A stretch of DNA of 56,043 nt from Dehalococcoidia bacterium (lineage in GTDB: Bacteria; Chloroflexota; Dehalococcoidia; Dehalococcoidales; BS750m-G39): NCBI GenBank assembly GCA_030608005.1, contig JAUWIX010000004.1, forward strand, positions 1-56,043. Reading direction: 5' to 3'. Shown here one piece after another: positions 45,859 through 53,602 of this stretch. The notes under the pieces are model-generated. The model was not told the origin of the DNA, ran no database searches, and worked only from the letters and a program-made list of their open reading frames with translations. The translations under genes and the position numbers were made by a program. Numbering within the stretch: the stretch's first letter is position 1; the number at the start of each line of letters is the position of its first letter.

Positions 45859-45999
45859 TTGCAAGCATATTGCTTTAAGTGTAGAAAGAAGGTAGATATA
45901 AAGAATCCCCAAAGGGTTACTCTGAAGAATGGGAGGCCAGCTACGCAAGGGGTTTGCCCTGTATGTGGAACTAAAGTATTTAGAATTGGTCAGGGCTAA
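45859..45999 (+). CDS. 46-aa zinc-ribbon protein (DUF5679-like), absent from the ORF track
   Basis: TTG start after AAGGAGGTGA; MQAYCFKCRKKVDIKNPQRVTLKNGRPATQGVCPVCGTKVFRIGQG. Confidence 0.85.
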   Translation: MQAYCFKCRKKVDIKNPQRVTLKNGRPATQGVCPVCGTKVFRIGQG

Positions 46000-46230
46000 T
46001 CGGTAATTGATTTGACGACAGGTAAGTAAATCCTCTTCAGTATGAGCATCAGAGTTTGGTTCGTTGTGCCAAGGAGGAACTTTACCTATTGAGCAGCCTT
46101 TTTGGCACCGCTCTTGGTAAGGTGTTATTGGTAGCAGGGCTTCTTCTAGGCAAAATAGGTATTGTGTGGTGCGGCTAGTTTTATGCTTTTTTTCATAGGT
46201 TCTACTGTTGGAAAGGAGGGCAATTAAACC

Positions 46231-47325
46231 TTGGGCAAGATAAACGTAGCCATAATAGGTGTAGGTAATTGTGCCTCTTCCCTAGTTCAGGGCGTCTACT
46301 ATTATGGGAAAGCGAAAAAGAATGAATTTGTGCCCGGACTTATGCATGTCGATCTTGGGGGTTATCATATCAGTGATATTAACTTCGTGGCTGCCTTTGA
46401 TATTGATAAAAACAAGGTAGGCAAGGTTCTAGCCCAAGCAATTTTTGCCCCGCCCAATAATACCTTTAAATTCTGTGAAGTGCCGACTACAGGGGTTAAG
46501 GTTCAGCGGGGCATGACCCATGATAGCCTGGGTAAGTATCTATCTCAGGTAATAGAGAAGGCGCCAGGCTCAACCGTTGATATAGTTAAAATCCTGAAAG
46601 AGACCCAAACCGATGTGGTGATTAATTACCTGCCTGTCGGTAGTGAAGAGGCAACCAAGTGGTATGTTGAGCAGGTGCTAACAGCTGGCTGCGGCTTTAT
46701 CAACTGCATCCCAGTTTTTATTGCCCGGGAGAAGTATTGGCAACAGCGTTTCGAGCAAAGTGGGCTTCCCATTATCGGCGATGATATAAAATCTCAAGTG
46801 GGAGCTACTATTGTCCATCGTGTCCTTACCAGACTGTTTAGAGACCGTGGCGTTAAACTGGAACGAACCTATCAATTGAACTTTGGTGGTAACACCGACT
46901 TCTATAATATGCTAGAGAGGGAACGACTTGAGTCTAAGAAGATATCTAAGACTAACTCTGTCACCTCTCAGCTAGATTACCAGCTTGACCCTGATAATAT
47001 CCATGTAGGTCCCAGTGATTACGTCCCCTGGCTTAAGGACCGCAAGTTTTGCCATATTAGGATGGAGGGACGAACCTTTGGTGATGTTCCTCTCAACCTG
47101 GAGTTGAAACTTGAGGTGTGGGATAGCCCTAACTCGGCAGGGGTGGTTATTGATGCTATAAGGTGCTGTAAACTTACATTAGACCGTGGACTTAAAGGAG
47201 CTCTGGTGGCTCCCTCTGCCTACTTTATGAAATCACCACCGGTTCAATATACTGATGACGAAGCTCGCCAAATGGTGGAAGAGTTTATTGCTAGTGCTCA
47301 GCAGGTGGAGAGCACACCCGTTTGA
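46231..47325 (+). CDS. ino1: Myo-inositol-1-phosphate synthase
   Basis: [45 protein letters not shown]. Confidence 0.95.
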   Translation: MGKINVAIIGVGNCASSLVQGVYYYGKAKKNEFVPGLMHVDLGGYHISDINFVAAFDIDKNKVGKVLAQAIFAPPNNTFKFCEVPTTGVKVQRGMTHDSLGKYLSQVIEKAPGSTVDIVKILKETQTDVVINYLPVGSEEATKWYVEQVLTAGCGFINCIPVFIAREKYWQQRFEQSGLPIIGDDIKSQVGATIVHRVLTRLFRDRGVKLERTYQLNFGGNTDFYNMLERERLESKKISKTNSVTSQLDYQLDPDNIHVGPSDYVPWLKDRKFCHIRMEGRTFGDVPLNLELKLEVWDSPNSAGVVIDAIRCCKLTLDRGLKGALVAPSAYFMKSPPVQYTDDEARQMVEEFIASAQQVESTPV

Positions 47326-47358
47326 TTATGTCTCCACGGAGGTTTTAGGCATCTACCG

Positions 47359-48531
47359 GTGAAGATAGCATTGGTCTCCCCTTATGGTTTTGCTTATCCC
47401 GGCGGTGTTACCCTTCATATTTCCTATCTCGAGCGCTACTTTACCAGGATGGGTCATGAGGTTAAGGTCATTGCCCCCGCCTCTAAGGGTGTTTCCAGCT
47501 TTGGTGAGAGGTTCATACCTATAGGTAGACCCCGCCCCATTCCTACCAGCGGTTCCATTGCTCGGATTACTATTTCACCATGGTTATCCTCTAGAATAAA
47601 AGCCGTCCTTAGCCAGGAAAAGTTTGATGTTATCCACCTTCATGAGCCTCTAATGCCAATGTTATGTACTACTGTGCTCCGCTTGTCGCAAACAGCTAAT
47701 ATAGGAACCTTTCATGCTTGTCATGGCAGACCTGGGTATAATTTCGCTAAACCCGTTGGCAGATGGATTTTGAGGAGGTGGTTCCGCAAGCTTGATGGCA
47801 AGATTGCGGTGTCCAAACCAGCCATGGAGTTTGCTCGTGGGCACTTCCCCGGATACTACAATATTATCCCTAATGGTGTGGATTTAGACCATTTTTCCCC
47901 TGATGTATCTCCAATCGATGAATTCTGTGATGGCAAGCTCAATATCCTGTTTGTTGGTCGTCTGGAGAAGCGAAAAGGCTTGAACTATCTACTTGAAGCT
48001 TTTAAGCAGGTTAAACAGGAAATTCCAAATTCCCGACTTATTATCGTTGGTCCTGGCACCAGGCTGCGGCATAAGTATGAGAAGCTGGTTGCGAGGAGCG
48101 GTTTAAAGGACGTCGTCTTTGCTGGCTTTGTATCTTACGATGAATTACCGAGATACTATAAAACAGCCGATGTTTTTTGTGCTCCAGCCACAGGGCGGGA
48201 GAGCTTCGGCATTATTTTGCTTGAGGCTATGGCTGCAGGTAAGCCGATTGTCGCCTCAAATATAGAAGGTTATGCCAGCGTAGTAACCCATGGTGTTGAT
48301 GGGTTATTAGTGCCGCCGAAAGATAAGGAAACATTAGCCCAGGCTCTAATTTCTGTTTTGACCGACCAGTCACTTCGGCAGGAGATGGGAGCCAAGGGGA
48401 GGGTTAAAGCCTTGGAGTATAGCTGGGAACATATTGCCCAAAATGTTTTAAATTATTATGTTAGGGTGCTTGGTGAGCCACCGTGGAGGAAGCAGTTTCC
48501 AGAATTTAAAGCGATGTCAATCTCGGTTTAA
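47359..48531 (+). CDS. GT4 glycosyltransferase, PimA-like (phosphatidylinositol mannosyltransferase)
   Basis: SPY...PGGV..H, HLHEP..P, RKG, GRESFGIILLEAMAAG. Confidence 0.85.
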   Translation: MKIALVSPYGFAYPGGVTLHISYLERYFTRMGHEVKVIAPASKGVSSFGERFIPIGRPRPIPTSGSIARITISPWLSSRIKAVLSQEKFDVIHLHEPLMPMLCTTVLRLSQTANIGTFHACHGRPGYNFAKPVGRWILRRWFRKLDGKIAVSKPAMEFARGHFPGYYNIIPNGVDLDHFSPDVSPIDEFCDGKLNILFVGRLEKRKGLNYLLEAFKQVKQEIPNSRLIIVGPGTRLRHKYEKLVARSGLKDVVFAGFVSYDELPRYYKTADVFCAPATGRESFGIILLEAMAAGKPIVASNIEGYASVVTHGVDGLLVPPKDKETLAQALISVLTDQSLRQEMGAKGRVKALEYSWEHIAQNVLNYYVRVLGEPPWRKQFPEFKAMSISV

Positions 48532-48636
48532 GCAAAAGGTGGAGGTAGTTCGGTTAATACCGTTTCAGGAAAATTACGGTCTAAAGCAAAGTTATCCAGA
48601 GTTCGTAGCGCTATAGCCTATCGCCTTACTGAACCA

Positions 48637-49185
48637 GTGGTGCGGGTTTTGGTCAGGACACCGGTAACACCCGGCGTCATAACCTGGCTTGGTTTTATAC
48701 TAGCCCTTGGCGCTGCGGCACTTGTTATTACCGCACACCTTTTTGCCGCTGGCTGGGTGGTGATTATTGCTGGTTTTTTTGATATCCTGGATGGGGCACT
48801 GGCTCGTCGCATTGAGCAAGCTACCCCTTTTGGCGCTGTCCTTGACTCCACACTCGACCGTTTATCCGAGGCGGTGCTGCTACTTGCTATTTTAGTGTTA
48901 TACCGCGGGGAACCATGGGTGGTTTTGCTGGTTTTCCTTGCCTTGCTTGGCTCTCTGTTGGTGAGCTATATCAGAGCTAGAGCAGAGGCAGTAGGCTTGG
49001 AGTGTCAGGTGGGATTATTCACTCGACCAGAGAGGGTTGTTGTGCTGGCGTTAGGTCTTTTACTAAGTCACATTGCCAATGCCTTAATTATTGCCCTGAC
49101 TATTATAGTGGTATTCAGCTTTTTCACCGCTAGTCAGAGGTTAGTTTATGTGTGGCAGCAAAGAGAAAAACCGTGTAGCTATTAG
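48637..49185 (+). CDS. CDP-alcohol phosphatidyltransferase (PIP synthase-like); start uncertain
   Basis: DILDGALAR...FGAVLDSTLDR motif, SYIRARAE, RPER. Confidence 0.9.
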   Translation: MVRVLVRTPVTPGVITWLGFILALGAAALVITAHLFAAGWVVIIAGFFDILDGALARRIEQATPFGAVLDSTLDRLSEAVLLLAILVLYRGEPWVVLLVFLALLGSLLVSYIRARAEAVGLECQVGLFTRPERVVVLALGLLLSHIANALIIALTIIVVFSFFTASQRLVYVWQQREKPCSY

Positions 49186-49244
49186 CCGCTTTTATTTATA
49201 GTGCTGTTTATGTTATAAGAAAAGTAAAGCTTAGAGGAGGAATA

Positions 49245-50528
49245 ATGCCGGTTATTGCTATTATTGGGGCTCAATGGGGAGATGAAGGGAAGGGCAAGGT
49301 GGTTGACCTGCTTGCTCAGAAAGCAAGGGTGGTAGTCCGTTTTTCCGGCGGTGATAATGCTGGGCATTCCGTGGTTAACCCCTATGGTGAGTTTGGTTTG
49401 CACCTTATCCCCTCTGGCATTTTTTCTCCCCAGGTTGTTTGCATTATTGGTAATGGTGTGGTGATTAACCCCAGAGTGCTAATTGATGAGATAGAGCTGC
49501 TTAACCAGCGTGGTGTGGATACCTCAAGGCTATTCATCAGTGACCGGGCTAACCTGGTTATGCCCTATCATATCCTCCTTGATGGTTTGGAGGAGGAGGC
49601 GCGAGGTGGCAAGGCACTGGGTACAACACGCAAGGGTGTAGGTCCTGCCTTTGCTGATAAGGCAGCTAGGTTGGGTATTAGAACCGGCGACCTTTTAGAT
49701 AAAGAGGCGTTGATAGAGCGACTCCGTTCTATCCTTGACTACAAGAACACTATTTTGACCAAAATTTATGGGGTAAGCCCGCTATCACTGGATGAAGTCT
49801 ATGCTCAGTATTGCCGGTATGGAGAGCGTCTGGCGCCTTATATTCGGGAGACAACTATAATGCTGGAGGAGGCATTGAGCCGGGGGGAGCTGGTCCTGTT
49901 AGAGGGTGCTCAAGGAACTTTACTTGACCCCGATTTCGGCACTTATCCCTATACTACCTCGTCCTCACCGCTGGCGGGGGGAGGTTGCTTGGGTGCCGGT
50001 CTGGGTCCTACCAGGATTAATCGCATTCTAGGTGTGTTTAAGGCTTACTGCACCAGGGTGGGCAGTGGTCCGATGCCCACTGAACTGAGGGATGAAACCG
50101 GCGACCTGATTCGGGAAAGGGCTCATGAGTATGGCACTACTACCGGCAGGCCTCGCCGCTGCGGCTGGTTTGATGCTGTTGCCGCTCGCTTTAGCACCAG
50201 GATTAATGGCTTTACCGGGGCGGCAATTACCCGCCTTGATATCCTTGATATCTTGCCTCGTCTGAAGATATGTGTAGCCTACCAACTGGATGGGCAGACA
50301 ATTGATTATTTCCCGGCCAGCGTAGCTGCCCTAGCCAGATGTCAACCTATCTATGAGGAGCTACCCGGGTGGCAGGCTGCTACCACCGATATTAGAAAGT
50401 ATGAGCATTTACCCCTTGAGGCTCGCCAGTATGTAGCCCGACTGGAAGAGCTTATTTCCTGCCCGGTTAACCTTATCTCTGTGGGAGCAGGGCGAGAGCA
50501 AACCATCGAGAAGGTGCCTATCTTATAG
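49245..50528 (+). CDS. purA: Adenylosuccinate synthetase
   Basis: GAQWGDEGKGK, EGAQG, GTYPY.TSS, EYGTTTGRPRRCGW. Confidence 0.97.
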   Translation: MPVIAIIGAQWGDEGKGKVVDLLAQKARVVVRFSGGDNAGHSVVNPYGEFGLHLIPSGIFSPQVVCIIGNGVVINPRVLIDEIELLNQRGVDTSRLFISDRANLVMPYHILLDGLEEEARGGKALGTTRKGVGPAFADKAARLGIRTGDLLDKEALIERLRSILDYKNTILTKIYGVSPLSLDEVYAQYCRYGERLAPYIRETTIMLEEALSRGELVLLEGAQGTLLDPDFGTYPYTTSSSPLAGGGCLGAGLGPTRINRILGVFKAYCTRVGSGPMPTELRDETGDLIRERAHEYGTTTGRPRRCGWFDAVAARFSTRINGFTGAAITRLDILDILPRLKICVAYQLDGQTIDYFPASVAALARCQPIYEELPGWQAATTDIRKYEHLPLEARQYVARLEELISCPVNLISVGAGREQTIEKVPIL

Positions 50529-50878
50529 GCTGTTTATCAACCTATCCCCCTGACCCCCTTCCCTTAATAAGGGAAGGGGGAATCTAGGTAAGAGAGGGGC
50601 GGAGCCCCTCTCTATAATCTCTCCCTCCTTTCCCTTTGATAATGAGCCTAACTTAATAGGGTGTTTAAGAGGGGCGCTAGCCCCTCTTCTATAAATACTT
50701 TCCCTCTCATGGTAGGAATACATATCCATATCATGGAGAGAGTAAATACGGAAGGAGAGTCAAAGAGAGGCGAAGCCTCCCTTATATAATTAATTCTCCC
50801 TTCCTTATCAAGGGAGGGAGATAAAGAGGGAGGGTTACCGAATAGAAACTTAAAGGGGGTGAGGTTAAGTGAAAATCT
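50527..50878. repeat. Modular hairpin element R9 (long composite) filling the whole purA-dapA convergent gap
   Basis: Left AGGCTGTTTATCAACC begins in the purA stop; right end ...AAAATCT abuts the dapA stop; hairpins with GGA, GCTA and GAA loops. Confidence 0.9.
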
Positions 50879-51769
50879 CTATACCGGCAAATCAATCTTG
50901 TAGTTTTTCAGTGTATCCCTGATGATGGAGGCTGATTTTTCATCAGCCTCGGTGAGGGGAAGGCGTGGCTTCCCTACATAGAAGCCGATATGGTTAAGGG
51001 CATATTTGACCGGAATAGGGTTGGAGATAATAAATAGGGCATCGATTAGGGGCAGGAGGCGGCGGTGTATGCTGGCGGCTTCGTCTATTTCGCCTGAAGT
51101 AAAGCTATCAATCATCTCCTTGATTTGGTTGCCAACAAGGTGTGAGGCAACGCTAATGACACCATAGCCCCCCAGGGCTAGTATGTGGAAGGTATCGCTA
51201 TCATTGCCACTCCAGACGATGAAATCTTCCCTTGCCTCGCTGATAATCTTGGAAATCTGCCCCAGATTACCACTGGCTTCTTTCACCCCGATGATGTTGT
51301 CTATGTGGCTTAATTTGATAGTGGTGTCGGCTGAAAGGCTGATAACGGTGCGTGACGGCACATTATAAAGTATGCAGGGCAGATTGGTTCCCTGAGCGAT
51401 AGTCTTGAAGTGTTGGTATAGGCCTTCTTGAGTAGGTTTGTTATAGTAGGGGACTACCAATAGGCAGGCATCAACTCCGATCCGCTCAGCTTTTTCGGTT
51501 GCTTCCATGGCTTCAGCGGTGCTGTTACTACCGGTATACGCGATTACTGAACCTCGTTCACCGACTGCTGATTTCACCTCAGTCAGAAGGCGTACTTCCT
51601 CCTCTCGGAGTAGGGTAGGAGATTCTCCGGTTGTGGCCACAAGCACCAAGCCTTCACTTCCTGAGTTGAGTAAGGCTAAGGCTAACTTCTTGGCTTGGTC
51701 ATAATTAACCGCCCCTTTTTCGTCGAAGGGGGTTACCATTGCTGTCAATAATCGTCCTAGTTTTTTCAT
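50879..51769 (-). CDS. dapA: 4-hydroxy-tetrahydrodipicolinate synthase
   Basis: TAMVTPF, TTGESPTL, PYYNKP, LYNVPSRT, GVKEASG, NPIPVK. Confidence 0.96.
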   Translation of the reverse strand: MKKLGRLLTAMVTPFDEKGAVNYDQAKKLALALLNSGSEGLVLVATTGESPTLLREEEVRLLTEVKSAVGERGSVIAYTGSNSTAEAMEATEKAERIGVDACLLVVPYYNKPTQEGLYQHFKTIAQGTNLPCILYNVPSRTVISLSADTTIKLSHIDNIIGVKEASGNLGQISKIISEAREDFIVWSGNDSDTFHILALGGYGVISVASHLVGNQIKEMIDSFTSGEIDEAASIHRRLLPLIDALFIISNPIPVKYALNHIGFYVGKPRLPLTEADEKSASIIRDTLKNYKIDLPV

Positions 51770-51773
51770 TTCC

Positions 51774-52802
51774 CTAACTCCCGGGATGTATCCAATCCCT
51801 TTTAATCATTTCTTCAGCAATCTGGACTGTATTTAGAGCAGCTCCCTTGCGCAGGTTGTCAGCAACAACCCACATAACCAAGCCATTGGGGTGAGAGGCA
51901 TCTCGGCGAATACGTCCGACAAAGACTTCGTCAGTGCCAGCCGCTGACCAGGGCTGGGGATAAAGGCTGATAGTTGGGTCATCTAATACCTTGACCCCCG
52001 GAGCCTGGGCGAGGATACGTCGTGCCTCATCGGGAGATATAGGCTGGGAGAATTCTATATGGAGCGCCTCGCTGTGTCCTATAAATACCGGTGCTCGAAC
52101 ACAGGTCGCTGAAATGGCTATATCATCAGCATGCATTATCTTCCTTGTTTCTTCCACCAGCTTCCACTCTTCTTTAGTGTAGTCGTTATCCAGAAAAACA
52201 TCTATCTCTGGCAGTAAATTAAAGGCTATCTGGTGAGGGTAAACATGTGGGGCAGTGGTTTGTCCCTCCAATACCTGCTTGGCTTGTTCTGTTAGCTCCT
52301 CTACTGCTGCTGAACCAGTGCCTGATACCGCCTGGTAGGTAGCAGCAGTAATGCGCTTGATGGGATTAACCCTATGCAAGGGGTCTATAGCCACTACCAT
52401 TTGAATGGTGGAGCAATTTGGGTTAGCTATAATCCCCTTATGCCATTTAATGTCTTTGGGGTTGACCTCAGGTACCACTAAGGGGACCTTGGGGTCCATT
52501 CTAAATGCTGAGCTATTATCAACAACTACGGTTCCTGATTTGGCGGCTATAGGTGAGAAGTAGCGGCTAACCTCAGCCCCCGCTGAGAAGAGGGCAATAT
52601 CTATTTCTTTGAAGGACTCAGGGACAGTCTCTTTGACCACAATCTCGCGGTGACCGACAAACAGCTTCTTGCCTGCTGAGCGGTCTGAGGCTAGAAGATG
52701 AATTGAGTCCATAGGGAAGCTACGTTGCTCTAATACCTTAATGAACTCCTGTCCTACTAACCCAGTGGCACCAACGATAGCCACTTTATATCCCTTCATC
52801 AC
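51774..52802 (-). CDS. asd: Aspartate-semialdehyde dehydrogenase
   Basis: GATGLVG, DNSSAFRM, IANPNCST, YQAVSGTG, DNLRKGAALN. Confidence 0.97.
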   Translation of the reverse strand: MMKGYKVAIVGATGLVGQEFIKVLEQRSFPMDSIHLLASDRSAGKKLFVGHREIVVKETVPESFKEIDIALFSAGAEVSRYFSPIAAKSGTVVVDNSSAFRMDPKVPLVVPEVNPKDIKWHKGIIANPNCSTIQMVVAIDPLHRVNPIKRITAATYQAVSGTGSAAVEELTEQAKQVLEGQTTAPHVYPHQIAFNLLPEIDVFLDNDYTKEEWKLVEETRKIMHADDIAISATCVRAPVFIGHSEALHIEFSQPISPDEARRILAQAPGVKVLDDPTISLYPQPWSAAGTDEVFVGRIRRDASHPNGLVMWVVADNLRKGAALNTVQIAEEMIKRDWIHPGS

Positions 52803-52807
52803 CCCTC

Positions 52808-53602
52808 CTATAAACCGAGCAGGGTATCTAGACCGTAAATTAGCCCTTTATGCTTAACCACTTCCTTAATAGCAAGCATAACGCCAGGCATATAGCACTG
52901 TCGACTGATAATATCGTGCCGGATGCTCAGTGTTTGCCCTGCTCCTCCCAGGAGCACCTCCTGGTGTGCCAGGAGACCGGGCAGGCGCACACTATGAATG
53001 GCGATACCTTCAACTTGCTCTCCCCGACTAGCTGAGGTCTTACCTTGTTGTGGGGTGAAGAATGATTTACCTCTAGCTTGAGCCATTGCTCTGGCGGTAG
53101 ATAGAGCAGTGCCTGAAGGCGAGTCAGCTTTCAGGTGGTGGTGTAGCTCTATAATCTCGGCGAAGTCAAAGTATTTGGCAGCTACCTTGGCTAGGTGTAT
53201 CATTAGCACTGCGCCTAGAGCAAAGTTTGGCGCTACCGCTGCCCCAACCTGGTGAGCTTCTGCCAGGCGGTCAATCTCGTTGATGTTGTCAGTGGTTAAG
53301 CCAGTGGTTCCTATTACCAAGTTAACACCATGTTCGGTTGTCATGCGCACTGCTGGCATGGTGGCTTGAGCGGTGGTGAAGTCTACCAATACATCTGGCT
53401 GGCAGGCGGTGAGGATGTAATCCAGGTTTGAGGAAAAGGGCACAGTGCCAGAGCCATCGGGCAACGGTAGGCGTTCCTCAGTAGCCTTTAAGTCTACAGC
53501 ACCTACTATTTGCATGTCGGGCTCATGGCATAGGGCATTGACCACCTCTTGCCCCATTCTACCCAATGCACCATGAACTGCTACCCTTATTGACTTCATC
53601 AC
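52808..53602 (-). CDS. dapB: 4-hydroxy-tetrahydrodipicolinate reductase
   Basis: GALGRMG, VIGTTG, EIIELHHHLKADSPSGTA, HSVRLPG. Confidence 0.96.
   Translation of the reverse strand: MMKSIRVAVHGALGRMGQEVVNALCHEPDMQIVGAVDLKATEERLPLPDGSGTVPFSSNLDYILTACQPDVLVDFTTAQATMPAVRMTTEHGVNLVIGTTGLTTDNINEIDRLAEAHQVGAAVAPNFALGAVLMIHLAKVAAKYFDFAEIIELHHHLKADSPSGTALSTARAMAQARGKSFFTPQQGKTSASRGEQVEGIAIHSVRLPGLLAHQEVLLGGAGQTLSIRHDIISRQCYMPGVMLAIKEVVKHKGLIYGLDTLLGL

Noticed and set aside
4687-50878. Intergenic repeats as a CRISPR array or simple rho-independent terminators
   Set aside because: There is no constant repeat/unique spacer periodicity and no cas genes. Most hairpins lack U-tracts and occur between co-oriented, divergent and convergent genes alike.
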